A DNA stretch of 64,000 nt from Mantamonas sphyraenae STR306 (lineage: Eukaryota; Protista; CRuMs): the NCBI GenBank assembly GCA_026936335.1, contig JAPMXV010000034.1:675906-739905 (forward strand), read 5' to 3'. A program made the position numbers and the translations under genes. The notes under the pieces are model-generated. The model was not told where the DNA came from, ran no database searches, and saw only the letters and a program-made list of their open reading frames with translations. This document shows positions 10,199-22,510 of this stretch, piece by piece. Position 1 is the first letter of the stretch. Every line of letters begins with the position of its first letter.

Positions 10199-13100
10199 AT
10201 GAGTGCAAGTGAATTGATTGACACGCTGGCCGACACCATGCAGATGGGCACCAAGCATGGCCAAGAAGGTAGGCCTGCAGTACATTGCGTCGACACGCTC
10301 ACGGGCGCACACCGGCAGCCGCGCGGATTTTGTCCCCAGCCGTCCGTGATCCGCACGCAAACGCCGCTGCACTTTGCGGCGTCCCTGCTTGACCCACACC
10401 TCCCACATCGCGTCCCCAGTTTCTGACACGCTCCTGCGCGTTTCTGCTTCTGCACACTCCCCACATGTGTGCTCTGGTATCCACAGCGGCGGCCAGGCTC
10501 CAGGAGGCCCGCCAGGACGACGGCTATTGCGAACTGCTGGCCCAGGTCATTGATGACGAGCACGTCGACGAGAACGTGCGTCTCATTGCTGCTACTGAGC
10601 TCAAGAACGTCGTGCGCAACCACTGGAACCCCGTACGTCCCGCCGCACGCACAGGCTTGCTTTCCGTTCTTGCCCGTTCCTTTTTTTTGGCGCGATTCAC
10701 TCACACCCACCCACACTCCGGGCAGCCTCCCGAATCCGACTTTCGTAAGCTCTCCTCCGAGGACAAGTCGCTTGTGCGCGACCACATCGTCGAGCTCATG
10801 ATCAACACCACCAACAAGGTCCAGGAGTGTATTTCGGAAGCCGTGAGCATCGCAGCAAAGCACGACTTTCCTGATCGCTGGGGCGATTTGTTGGACGTAC
10901 GTCTGCCCATGGATACCTCGCCCCGCCCGTCCCCTGTGCAAGCGCTCTCCGATTCCGCCCTTGCTGACACCCATACTACGTGCATGTTCACGTACGCGCT
11001 TCACAGCAACTCGTCGATCGCCTCACCACGGACGACTACCACACCGCCATCGGTGTAACGCGCACCATGGCTGCTGTGTTTCGCAAGTATCGCGGAGCAG
11101 AGCTCACCGAAGACCTCAAGGGCGAGATCATCGAACTGCTGGAGGCGTGCTCCCAGAAGCTGTTTGATTTTTTCCTCGACATCCAAGCACTCGTGCAGGA
11201 CAACCTCAAGAACGACGAGGCGCTCGTGGGATACATGGAGGTGCAAGAGCAGATGATCCATGTGCTGTTCTCCCTCTCGTACCAGGACTTGCCGCCTGTG
11301 TTTGAGGACAACTTGGCCACACTCATGAAAGAGTGCCACGTGCTGCTTACCATGAGCCACTCTGCTCTCGAGCCAGTCAAAGAGAATGAGCCAGGCCTTT
11401 TGGACCGCATCCAGGCCGAGGTCATCAACATGCTGGCTGTGTACGCCGAAAAGTACGACGACGTGTTTCCCGACTACCTGTCCGAGTTTGTGGACGACAT
11501 TTGGCATTTGCTCACCGAACTGGGCAAAGAAGAGTGCTACAACAGCGTGGCCATCACTTCCATCCGCTTCCTGGCAGCCACCGCCAGCAACCCGATCCAC
11601 AAGTCCATCTTTGCCGACGAGGAGGCCCTGCAGACCATCTGCGAGCAGGTCATCATCCCCAACATGCTGCTCACCGAGCTGGACGAGGAAAACTTTGAAA
11701 TCAACGCCACCGAGTACATCCGCCGTGACGTGGAAGGTTCGGACAGCGAGACACGCCGGCGCACAGCGTACGACTTGGTCAAGGCCCTGTGTCGCAGCTA
11801 CGAGAAGGAAGTGACCGATATCTACACAGACTACGTCGCACGCCTGCTGGACGAGTACAAGGACGACCCGGAGGACGCGTGGAAGAGCAAGGACGTGGCC
11901 GTGTATCTGGTGACGGCGATGGCCGCCCAGCGCGGCGGCGCGGCTCAAAAGCGCAACGTGCACGTCAGCGAGTTTGTGGACGTGCTGGGCTTCTACGACG
12001 ACCACATCATGCCCGAGCTGACAGACAAGGAAGCAAACCCGGTGCTGGTGGCGGATTCGCTCAAGTATGCGATTACATTTTGCATGCAGCTGAGCATGGA
12101 CCACTACAACGAGCTGATTCCCATTCTGCTCAAGCTGCTGCTGCACGAATCAGAGGTTGTGGTATCGTACGCGTGCATTTGCATCGACAAGCTGCTTGCT
12201 GTGCAAGACGAGGACAAGAAGGGCCGCCGCGTGGCTCGTGTGACGGCAGAGGACATTGAGCCGATGCTGGACGACATGCTGACCAACCTCTTTGCTGCGT
12301 TGAACAACGACGAGGATATGGAGAACGAGTACATCATGAAGGCCATCCTGCGAGTGGCTGCTGTGGCGCAAGATCGCATGGCGCCGTACTCCCAGGTGGT
12401 CATCGACAACCTGAAGGACATCCTCAAGGAGCTGACAAAGAACTCACGCAACCCTCAGTACCACAACGCTCTGTTTGAAACCGTGGCTGCCATGATCACC
12501 TTCATTTGCAGCAGCGACCCTGGTACCATCGAGCCGTTTGAGGACATGCTGTGGGAACCCTTTGAGTTCTTCCTGGTCGAGGCCGAGGAGGGCAACGATT
12601 TCATGCCCTACATGTACCAGCTGCTGTCGCAGCTGCTCGAGATGCGCCGGGACAACGTGCCCGAACGCTACCAGGCGCTGATTCCGGACATGCTCAAGAC
12701 AGACAGCTGGGAGGCCACTGGCAACATTCCAGGTCTGACGCGCATGCTGTCTGCAGTCCTTCACAACGATTCCAGCGTGCTGCTGTCCGAAAAGCGCCTG
12801 GTCAAGACGCTGGGTGCCTTCCAGTACATGTTTGCGCACAACGCATACGTGGAATACTCGTTTGAGCTGCTGACGGCTGTGATGGCATACGCAGACATCG
12901 AGCAGTTTGGCGAGCACGTGGACCAGGTGTTCAAGATGGTGATCAAGCGCCTGAAAAAGGTGGATCGGGCGTCGTTTGTCGCGCGGCCGTTCTCTTTGTT
13001 CCTGGCCAAGTTTATTGCACTGCATGGCGAGGACGTGCTGTTTGGTTTGGATGACATCAAGCAGGGCTTGATCCTGTCCGTGATCAACACCATCTTCCTG

Positions 13101-13526
13101 CCGCAGGTGCGCAAGTTTGAAAAGCCCCTGGACCGCAAGGCGGTGTGTGCGGGCATGCTGAAGATTGTGACGGCGTGCAGCGTGATGGTCACTGATGATG
13201 ACTACCTGGAGGCATGGGGCGACGTGTTGTACGCCCTGCTCCAGGTGCTTGAGCTGCCGCCCGTGGAAGACACGGAAGGCACGAAAGAGGTGGAGGTGGA
13301 GTATGCCAGCAAGCACGTTCAGCTTGCCTACGCCAAAAAGCCCGAGCTGGACGTGGTGGGAGACATTGACATCCCCTTGGAGCTTGCACGTGGCCTAAAG
13401 GACTTTTCTGCGAAGCACCCGGGCGTGCTTCAGGATGTTGTGGAGGCCAAGCTGGACGAGGAGGCCATGGATGTACTCATGAGCTACTTTGAAGAGGCTC
13501 GTGTGAGCGAACCGTTTTTGGAATGA
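10199..13526 (+). CDS. CSE1: Exportin-2 / CSE1 (importin-alpha re-exporter); introns 10269-10486, 10633-10725, 10897-11006
   Basis: IBN_N motif RLIAATELKNVVRNHW; HDFPDRWGDLL; YQDLPPVFEDNL; EYIRRDVEGSDSETRRRTAYDL; WKSKDVAVYL. Confidence 0.92.
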
Positions 13527-13665
13527 TGGAGGAAGGAGGGAAATGAACAAGTGGTCGTTTTCACGGACGCCATGCCAGGTGTGATTGTGACGGGTAGGCA
13601 CGGGTGGGTAGGGTTTCCTCTTGTTGGGCGGCTTTGTGCGACTGTTTGGCCAACACAAGGACGAC

Positions 13666-16573
13666 ATGAGCACGGCGGACGCGGCTGTGACGGTCAAGGT
13701 GGTGTTCCCGCCGTATACAGACTATGGGTACAAGATGGTAAAGTGCCCAAAGGACAAGCTGGTGAGCCAATTGATGGCGGTGGTATTCCACAAGGTTGGG
13801 TGGGAGCAGGACACGCTGGAAGGGTGGGCGCTGTACATGGAGGACGAGGACGAAGCTGGCGAGGACAACGAAGTCGGGTTTGCCAACCTGATGCGCATGA
13901 GCAACGGGCGCACGCTAGGCTCGTTCAAGCTGCCCAACATGGCGACGCTGCATCTTCGGGGCGAGCCTGTGCAGACGACGCTTCTGGTCCCGTCCAAAAA
14001 CGTGAGCAAAACGGTGCGGCTGGATGCCAAGATGTCTGTTGGGGTTCTGCTCAACGAACTGTGCGCCACGTACAAGATGAAGGCGGCCCAGTGTGGCCTG
14101 TCGACAACCGACGGAGACGGTGAGTGACACCACGGAGCGGGGTGGCGGAAGACGGGATGAGGCACAGACACACTGACACGCACGGGGGAAAAACGCGCTT
14201 GGTTGTTGACCATCCTCTCGTTTGTGGCTCGCACAGATGCCGAGCTCGAACAGACGCTGGAAGAGGCGGGGTTCACCACTTCGACCACGGTGGTGTTGAA
14301 TAAGCGCAAACGAAGCATGCTGGGTGGTAAGTGGACCGTTGTTTCCCGTGGGGACAGCGACGGGCAAGATTCGACGGTGTTGGGGCGAGAGGTCATTTTC
14401 ACGGCGGCTTGCCTTTTTGCGTTTTGCTGACAATGCACGCTGCACACAGGCATCGGACGACCCAAAGGCGCAGGTGGGTCTGCAGGATCTTCTGCGGGTG
14501 GCTCGTCGGCCAAGGGCGGAGGTAGGTGAAGGATCGGGGTCGCACGGGAGCAGGGAGGGAGGAACGAGGCAGACCAAAAACCAAGGTGGCTCACACACAC
14601 ACACACAAACACACAAACACACACGCACGCGCACACGCCTGGAAACATATGGACGTGCGTGCCTCACAGAACGAGGAAGCAACCGAGGCAAGTCGCAGGG
14701 ATCGGAGGCAAACGAAGAGGGCGTACAGGCGGTGAACGAGGAGACGCGCGTGTTTGGCGAGCGGCTTGATCGTCTGCTGGAGAAAGAGAAGGAGTTTGGG
14801 CTGGAGTTGCCAATGGTGGTGCACCAGTGCTGCAAGGTGATTGAGGAAAAGGCACTGAAGACAGAGGGCATCTTTCGGCTGTCGGGAAACGCAAACGGGA
14901 TCATGGAGCTGAAAGCGCGGTTTGACGCAGGAGAGGCAGGGACAATCGATTTGAACACAGTGGACGACGTGCACGAGGTGGCAGGTCTGTTGAAACTGTA
15001 CCTTCGCGAGATGCCCGAGCCTGCGTTGACGTTTGAGCTGTACGACGCTTTCATCAAGGCCGAAGAGCTCGAAAACACAACCACAAAGCTGCGGTACCTG
15101 CGCTTCCTTGTGCACAGCCTGCCGCACATGAACCGAGCGCTTGTGTTGCGTTTGCTACAGCTGATGTCGCGTGTGGCAGAGCACAGTGCAGTCAACATGA
15201 TGCACATGCACAATCTGTCGACGGTGCTTGCGCCGAACCTGCTCAAGATGCGCGATGAGACGATGTTCCAGATGGTTCAAGACACGCCGGTGGTGAATGC
15301 CATTGTGATGCTGATGATGGAGTACTACGAGTTCATCTGGGCGGAGCAGACGCCGTTGGAATGCCCATACGTGTTTGTGGCGTCGGCAATGTACGACTAC
15401 GAGGCACAGAGCGGTAGCGAGCTGAGCTTCTACGCGGGCAACGTTTTGCTCATCATCTGCAAGAACCACCCGGATGGAGGCGATGGGTGGCTGCAGGCCG
15501 AGCTTGCGCGCAGCATCGGGATGGTGCCGTCCAACTATGTAAAGTTGGAGCAGCAGCTGCCCAGGCCCGGTGCGACGTTTGCTGGGGCCAACGACGACCC
15601 GGGCATGTACCACGGTGTGCCTGGAAGCCAGGTGCAATGGGTGGATGCGGTGGGCCGGGACGACAAGGAGGCAGATGCCGAGTACAACGCTCAGTACGCC
15701 CAGTATGAGGAAGAGGTGGCCGCAGCAGCGGCAGCAGATGGAGGATTGGAGACAGGAGCATCGTTGAGTGTGGATGTAGACACACTAAGCGGCCTGACAG
15801 GCCTGGGGGGCTTCGGGGACATGGGCACTCCGGCGGCGGACACGCCCAAGAAGAGCAAGAAACAGTTCCTGGCCGAGCTGGAGGTGATGAAGGACTTTGT
15901 AACTTCGGAAGAGGAGAAGGACGCCAAGATGGCGGAGGAGCTTGCGGATCTGCAAGGGCTTGTGAAGCTTGCGGCGGAGCAGGCTGAGGAGGCACAAGGA
16001 GAGGTTGCGATGACTTTGATCGAAGCTACAGCGATCGAGCAGCAGCGGGCTGAACTTGCAGAGACGGCGGATTTGGAGGACTCGGAGCTTGCAGCAGCGC
16101 GTGAGGCGTTTGCAGAGGTGGAAGGGCAAGTGAAACATGTGCAGGAGACCTTTGGAGTGCAGGAGGCACACGTGAGCAAGCTGACAGAGCAATTGACGGA
16201 GCTGAGTGTACGCATGCAGGGACTCGCGGCACGATCGCAAGAGCTTTCGGACATGATCGACACGACGAACCGGATGCGAAGGCGATCGGTGATGCCGACC
16301 GCAACGATTGAGGACCTGGCGGTGCTGCAAGCGCAAATTGCGGCGGCGGATGCAGGTGAGGCGATTCATTTGGGCATGACGAAGGAGGAGGAGTTGGAAA
16401 TCCGAGGGGAGTTTGAGCAGGCGTGTGTGGTCTACGAGCAGGTGGTGTCGCTCAACCTGAGCTTGGAAGCAGAGCTGAGCCAGTTGCAACAGGAGCTGTT
16501 GGCAGAGACCAAGGCACGCCAACAACTGGAAGCAGGGTGTTTGGAGCGCGGGATCATCTCGAGCGAAGAATAG
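13666..16573 (+). CDS. RhoGAP + SH3 + coiled-coil protein with N-terminal ubiquitin-like (RA/FERM-type) region; multi-exon
   Basis: TEGIFRLSG arginine finger, VAGLLKLYLREMPEP, NLSTVLAPNL; SH3 AMYDYEAQSGSELSF..GMVPSNYV. 5' exons are inferred from GT-AG sites at ~14120-14668, with approximate boundaries. Confidence 0.85.
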
Positions 16574-16596
16574 ATGGGTTGTGGGTTCATTCAATG

Positions 16597-18150
16597 TCAA
16601 TTTTCTTTCAATCCCAGCATCTGGCGTCGCTTCTCGGCCGCCCGCAGAGCCTTTTGGCGTCGTACAAAGGCCGAGTCCTCGCGACGATTGCGTGCTTCGT
16701 CTTCGCGGCCCCAGCGCAGGTAGAGGGCGAGGATGGCGGCCAGAAGGAGGAGGATAGGGCCAAAGGTGGCGAGGAGGGTGCGAGCGCGCTGCTCGCTGAT
16801 ATCAAAGGCGGCAAGGGTGGAAGAAAGATAGTTGGAGAGGGAATCGAGAGGCAAACCAGGATGTGGGGTCGCGATCGGGGGCGCCCTTGCGGTGGATGCG
16901 ATACAGGAGGCGGCAGGTAGGGAGGGAGACAAAATCGGTGTGTGTGTGGTGGGGAGTGCAAGTGATGAGTGGGTCGATAATGGTCATGTCGAGTGGGAGC
17001 TGTGCAGAGTCACAGTGCCATGTGGGCTCGCCGCGGACGTCGCGACCGAGTCGGAAGCAGCCGATGGAGGACAGAGGGACGTTGCAACCGGCACTGCCCC
17101 CAATGCAGCGCATCTGCTCGTGCTTCTTCTGCTGTCGTCCCGGGCTGGCGGCCGTCGTCTGGTCATTGTGGAACCAGAGGGCGTCGACAAAGGACCAGAG
17201 ACGGACGTCGTCCTGGACGGGCTCCAGGGTGTAGGAGAGGCGGCAGGAGGAGAGGCTGACGTGTGTGGCGTTGACGTGTTGACAATCGACGCGCTGGGAG
17301 GCTATGCGAAGGAGAGGATGCAGGTGAGGGCTGGAACAGTGCCAGCGGGAGGCGTTGATGCGCAGGCAGCGGATGGCGTGAGGCTGCAGATGGGGCTCGG
17401 GGCACTCATCACCCTTGCAGCGCATGTGAGGAGAGACGGCAGATGTGTTTGCACGGTTTGCATGGAGGGTCTTGTGGAAATGGAGGGAAGTTAGGTGAGC
17501 CTGGGGTTGCAGGTCTTTGCGCTTGTTGATGACAGCAACGGGGTGCTGGTCGGGCTGGCGGCGGTCCAAGCGGAAACTAAGGCGGCACGAATCCATGTTG
17601 ATGAGGTAGTCAAAGGGATAGCGAGCGCCCTCACAGGCGACACGTGCACGTCGCAAGAGGACGTCGCTGCGGTCGGGAATGCACTTCCAGAAGCCGATGG
17701 AGTCATCCGACTGGATGTTTCCCAAGCGATAGCAGGTGACAGTAGCGGGAAGGTGCTCCGGGGTGCACTGCAGCGTGCCAGCACGGCACTAAGAAGGCGG
17801 AATGATGCGAGTGAGTTTTCCAGGAGGCGCAGCGAGCAGCAGGGACGGACACGGTAGGACATGTGATGAGGGTTGGCCAGAGAATGGTCACTTACCTCGA
17901 GCTGGGGCACTTGTCTGTCTGTCCTGGGCAGGGTGGCGACCTGATTGGCGTGAAAGACGAGTTTGGACATGTCCTCGGCCGGTAGCTCGCGCTCAGACTG
18001 GACATGGAGACGAGTAATTTGGTCGAGAGCGCCCTGGTTGACATGTTCCTCAACCACGTCGATGACCTGAAGGATGTCGCCATCCCAAGGGGCCTGTGTG
18101 GCGGCCAGGGCCGAGGCAAAGAGGAGCAAGAGGACGAGGGCAGGACGCAT
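16597..18150 (-). CDS. Type I membrane protein with three tandem SARAF-like lumenal domains (intron 17789-17895, probable intron 16796-16856)
   Basis: Signal peptide MRPALVLLLLFASALA; three repeats of the pattern PQLxC..C..C..W.C..V.C..SCRL.Y/F.L (e.g. VACEGARYPFDYLINMDSCRLSFRLD, CIGGSAGC); C-terminal TM helix and basic tail. Confidence 0.7.
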
Positions 18151-18197
18151 TCGAGTGGGTGGGATGGCGCGCATGGGAACAACACTGGTCCATTCGA

Positions 18198-19940
18198 TTA
18201 CTGGAAGGCCTCGGCCTCGTGGGCACGACGGCGCTTGAGACCCTCGAGGACGCGACCACGAGCATAGATGTACTTCATGAGCTCGGCGGGAACCTGGTCG
18301 TAGCGGCCAGAGTTGAGGGCTTTGGTGAGACCGTTGTTCGGGTCACGGAGCTTGCCCGGACCGAGGTTGTAGGTGAACGAGACGAGGGCAGCAAACTGCT
18401 CATCGGTAAGGGGCACCTTGACATAGTCAATGACGGGCTTCTCGTACTTGACAAGATCATCGCTGAAGAGCTTGGTGGCACCCGCAATGGTGAGACAAGT
18501 GTAGCCGTCGTTAGCACTGCAGAGATGGCCATAGCCGATGGTCGGGTAGCCGACGGGGTCGCGGTAGCGGCAGGCCTGGCCACGGGGGCAGCTGACGAGG
18601 CACCTACGGTCACCGGCCATGATGATGCCTTCGTAGTGCTTGATAGCGTCGAGACCAGCATCGTCGACCTTGCGTCCGGGCTCGCTCATGCGGCAGTTTG
18701 TGCCGCCGACGTTGCCGCAGCCGCTGGTGAGCACGGGGTTGTCGTTGCCGCCCTTGTTGCAGTCGGGGATGATGATGCGCTGGCCGGGGAAGATGAGGCG
18801 AGCATCTTGGATGCCGTTGCGCTGCATGATGTCGTAGACGGTGTTGCCTGGGTGCTGGGAGGCAATCTTGCTGAGGGAGTCGCCCGAGCTCACGGTGACG
18901 GTGCACTCGTTGGTGGTCGTCGGCGGAGCCAGAGGCTCCTGACGCCAGGTGAGCTGTGCGGTCGCCTCGCTCCAGCGGTCGTAGTATTCGACGACAATGA
19001 GGTACTTGCCGGCTCGCATGAACTTCTCAAACGAATAGTCCTTGGGCGCCTGGTCCTTCCAGGACTCAAACACCTTGGCACCGTCGATGTACACGCGCAG
19101 GCCGTCCGACACGCGTGCGCTGAACTGATAGTTGCCCTCCTTGAAGGTCTGGAAGGAGGTCCAGCGGACGCCGAAAGAGTTGCTGTTGACGCCCGGGGCA
19201 GGGGAGGCAGTGGACCATTCGTTACGGATGGCAGTCTGTGATGGGAAGGAGGACGAGGGGCGGCGGTGGGTCAGCGAGTGGTCAGGAGAGCGTGCGGACG
19301 GGGAAGGCGGACTGGAAATTGAAAGGTTCGGGAGGGCGGAAAAACGGGGAACTCGCGCAAAAAAAAGGGTAGTGCGGGATTGGTCAGAGAGGACAGATGG
19401 CGGGATGTAAAGGACATACCTCGCATTGGGTGGTGACGGGAGAGCCAGTGAGTTGGACGTTGTTGTAGTATTCGGCCTTCCACTGGCCTTCGGCGCAGTT
19501 TGTGCCGCACTGCTTGATGAAGGTTGAGGACGAGGTGCCCTCGGCAACCATGCCGACCTTGCCGTCGGGGGTCTCGACCTGCCACCAGACGTAGCCGCAG
19601 GTGGTTTCCGGGGTGTCCTTGAGCACAAGGAGCTTGGTGCCCTTGGCGGCGGTACGGCGGACGCTGCAACTGGTGCAGGCGCAGGTTCGAATGTTGAGAG
19701 AGACCTCGGTACAGACGGTGTCTGCGCGGATGCGTGCGGGACGCCAGAAAGCGGAGCGATGAGGTGTCAGGAGCGGATGAGCAGGTGGCCATGATGGGGA
19801 CTGGCGGGTGCGCGGGCGAGGGGCGCGCAAAGTGAGAGGGGCTGGGAAGACGGGAGATGCATACCTCCGGCGCTGAGAGCGGCGCTGAACTCGATGAGAG
19901 CAGCAGAGAGGATCACGAGGATGACCAGACTCTTGAACAT
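18198..19940 (-). CDS. Secreted modular lysozyme: signal peptide - SH3b - PA14 - LysM - GH24 phage-type muramidase (introns 19722-19864, 19236-19419)
   Basis: MFKSLVILVILSAALI signal; LNIR..WWQVETPDGKVG (SH3b); WKAEYYNN..FGVRW..DGLRVYIDG..VEYYD (PA14); VSSGDSLSKIA..NGIQDARLIFPGQRIIIP (LysM); HYEG..YRDPVGYPTIGYGH..QFAALVSFTYNLG..GLKRRRAHE (GH24). Confidence 0.9.
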
Positions 19941-20038
19941 AGTTCTAGACTGGGTGATTCCGGGGAAGGAGATGGAACAAAGGGTTCAGAAAGATGTGGG
20001 CAGGGCAGCGCAAACCGCGCGGGGCAAGGCAACCGGAA

Positions 20039-20644
20039 ATGTCGCGCACGCTGGCTGAATTGAGGAGGCAATTGTCGTCCAAGGCGTCGAGCACGACGCT
20101 GCCGTCGGGGACTACGTCTGTGTGTGTTGTGTTTTCACAGGTGGGCAAGGGCCAGACTGGAGCTCGGTGAGTTTGGAACGAGGGTGCGCGGACTTTTCAT
20201 TGCCCTTGCCACGGGCGGTGCACTGACACACAGGGGATGTGACACGTGCCATGGACAACACGGGATGGGTTTACACCGTGCCATGTGTGGACGTGTACAT
20301 GTGTGCGTGTGTGTGTGTGTGGTTTGGGGCGCGGGATGTCGCTGCACGACCGAGCAGGAAGCTCGTGGCCGAGGAGTTTCCGGCGTTGAGGTACAACAAC
20401 CCGGGCGTGGTGTTTTCGTATGAGAAGAAGAAGGACGGAGACACAGAGACGAGGGTGGAGGTGGAACGAGGTAAGGGACGGCCAGAGGGAGGCCAGCGTG
20501 GGAGAGCATGCACAGTGCCCACGTGTCGGTCGCTGACACGCATGCACGTCCACAATGCACACAGACGGAACCAAGGAAACACTGGATGTGTACGACAAAA
20601 ACACACAGGATATCCTGAGCATGCTGGGAGCAAAGAGTGGGTAG
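20039..20644 (+). CDS. Mitochondrial ribosomal protein mS25/MRP49-like (L51/S25/CI-B8 domain); exons 20039-20166, 20358-20470, 20565-20644
   Basis: Spliced product reads GQTGARKLVAEEFPALRYNNPGVVF..DGTKETLDVYDKNTQDIL, matching the family motif G.R.F....P.L.Y.NP.V. Confidence 0.75.
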
Positions 20645-20760
20645 AGAAGTTGCGAGGCGCCTCGGGGCAGGCACGCAGGTACAGTCGACTGGGCAGAAGG
20701 ATGAAATGTAGGAGGCAGGGAGTGAAGTTCCATGAATGGTGTATTTTCTGGGTTGCTCGT

Positions 20761-21552
20761 TCAGGAGGAGGAGGCGGCGGCGGCTGCTGCGGTGACCTTC
20801 TTTTCCAAGGCAGTTCTGGCCTTGACCTCTGCCAAGAGGTACTTGCGCAGCTTGGACGATTCCTCTTGCAATTCTGCAGTGCGTGCAAGAGCAGCCTGGG
20901 TCATGTCGCTCATCTTGGCCACTTCAGCGCTGAGTTGCTGGGCCGACACAGGGGTGCCGCTCTGTTCTGTGGCTTGGATGGAGGCCTCCAGCTTGGCTTG
21001 GTAGGCCTTTTGCTGCTCAATGGCAGCACTCACAGAGGCTTCCACCTGGCTGCAGTACTCTGTGGACGAGTTGACGTTCTTGTCGAGCTCGGCGAGCTGA
21101 GCCTCGACGCCGTCGAAGCGTGCGCGCAGCTGCTGCACCTGGGCATTGAGTGAGTTCTGTGCCTGTGCCATGTCGTGGCGTCCCTCTGTGTCCTCGGTGC
21201 CCGAGTGCGACTGCATGGCCGCGTCTTTGGCGGCCTCGGCAGTTTCTTTGGCTTCATTCACGGCGGCCAGCAGCGTCTGCAGCTGTGCGTGCAGCGAAGT
21301 GTTGCTGTCCAGGATCAACTGGCGCTTGAAGGATTGTTCCTCGATCTGTGTCTTTAGCGTCTCGATGTCCTGCATAAACTTCTGCTTGCTCGACTTCTTT
21401 GCGTTTCCCTCTCCGCCCTTTCCCGTTGTTGCGCCGTCCCCGCCCTCCTCGTTCCCATCCGCCGTTTGGACTGCATCCTCCTCCCCGTCGCCTGCTGTGG
21501 TTTCCACCTCGGCCGCAGTCTCCTCGGCCAGCATCTGCTCTTCCTCGCTCAT
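20761..21552 (-). CDS. Coiled-coil hypothetical protein
   Basis: ORF from MSEEEQML; acidic N-terminus followed by heptad repeats. Confidence 0.7.
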   Translation of the reverse strand: MSEEEQMLAEETAAEVETTAGDGEEDAVQTADGNEEGGDGATTGKGGEGNAKKSSKQKFMQDIETLKTQIEEQSFKRQLILDSNTSLHAQLQTLLAAVNEAKETAEAAKDAAMQSHSGTEDTEGRHDMAQAQNSLNAQVQQLRARFDGVEAQLAELDKNVNSSTEYCSQVEASVSAAIEQQKAYQAKLEASIQATEQSGTPVSAQQLSAEVAKMSDMTQAALARTAELQEESSKLRKYLLAEVKARTALEKKVTAAAAAASSS

Positions 21553-21761
21553 AGTCGCTGCGGTTTGTTTTCGAGCGGCAGCGCCGCAGGCACCGAGGCT
21601 GGTCCAACATGGATGAGCAGGGAAGGAGACATGCATTGCATGCTTTGGGTTGTTCGAAAGGGGATCCGACGACGCTGAAGAGTCAATGGGGACAATGTAT
21701 GGCCGCGCAGCCTGCGGCACACTTTCTCGAACGCCACACCCCTTTTCTTTCCGCCTGCACA

Positions 21762-22493
21762 ATGTCGTCACGTGCTTTGCTGTTTGTGTGTGTCCTTGTG
21801 TTGTTGTGTGTGTTGTGTGCGGAGGGCAGCAACACGTGCATCAGCGCCCTGGACAACGAATTCTGCGACCAGGTCAAGTACGAAGTGAGCAACGAAGAGG
21901 ACACGGCCTCGGTGGACATCACCGCAGCCAACGAATACCACAGCACCAAAGGAAGTCTTCCAGACACACCAAAGTGCCAATACGCCCTGAAGAACTTTGT
22001 GTGCAGCTCGCTGTTCAAGCGTTGCGAGCCGCCAGTGGATGCAGCGCACAATTCGACTGTTCTCGACGTGAGTTTTCATCGTCTTTCCATGGCGTAGGGA
22101 GAGTGCATGGGGCAGAGTGGGCGAAAGCGATGCGCTGACACGGTGCTGGTACAACAGACATGCCGAGATGTGTGCACAGCGTACGTGCAAGAGTGCGGAG
22201 TAAACGCGACCGCGCTGAACTGCCCGCGTCTGCCGTTGGGCACATGCACACAGTATGTGGACCCAGCCAAGGGTCCTAGCGACTCAAACACGGGCGGGGA
22301 TCCCAAGAAGGGAGGAACCACGCCCAAGAATGACCATACGCCGGACGAGCTTTCCACACTGTATTGGATCCTTGGCGCGCTGTGTGGATTTGCTGTCGTC
22401 ACTGCGACTGTTGGTGGCATCCGCTATTATCGTCATCACAGACCCGAGGCCCTCTACGAGCGCTCTCTTCAGCAAGACAATTTTGACCTGTGA
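21762..22493 (+). CDS. Single-pass membrane protein with Frizzled-type cysteine-rich domain (intron 22068-22157)
   Basis: Signal peptide; C..FC..CQYALKNFVCSSLFKRC..TCRDVCTAYVQEC..C spacing; one TM helix and a short tail. Confidence 0.72.
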
Positions 22494-22510
22494 ATGAAGA
22501 GTTTGATTCG

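Noticed and set aside
14590-14635. (CA)n/(GT)n tracts (also ~20300, ~26390, ~33220) and GATTCCC x3 at ~31135
   Set aside because: Short microsatellites inside introns with no sign of function.
18198-19235. Prophage or bacterial contamination suggested by the phage-type lysozyme
   Set aside because: The gene has GT-AG introns and a signal peptide and is flanked closely by eukaryotic genes; no other phage genes are present.
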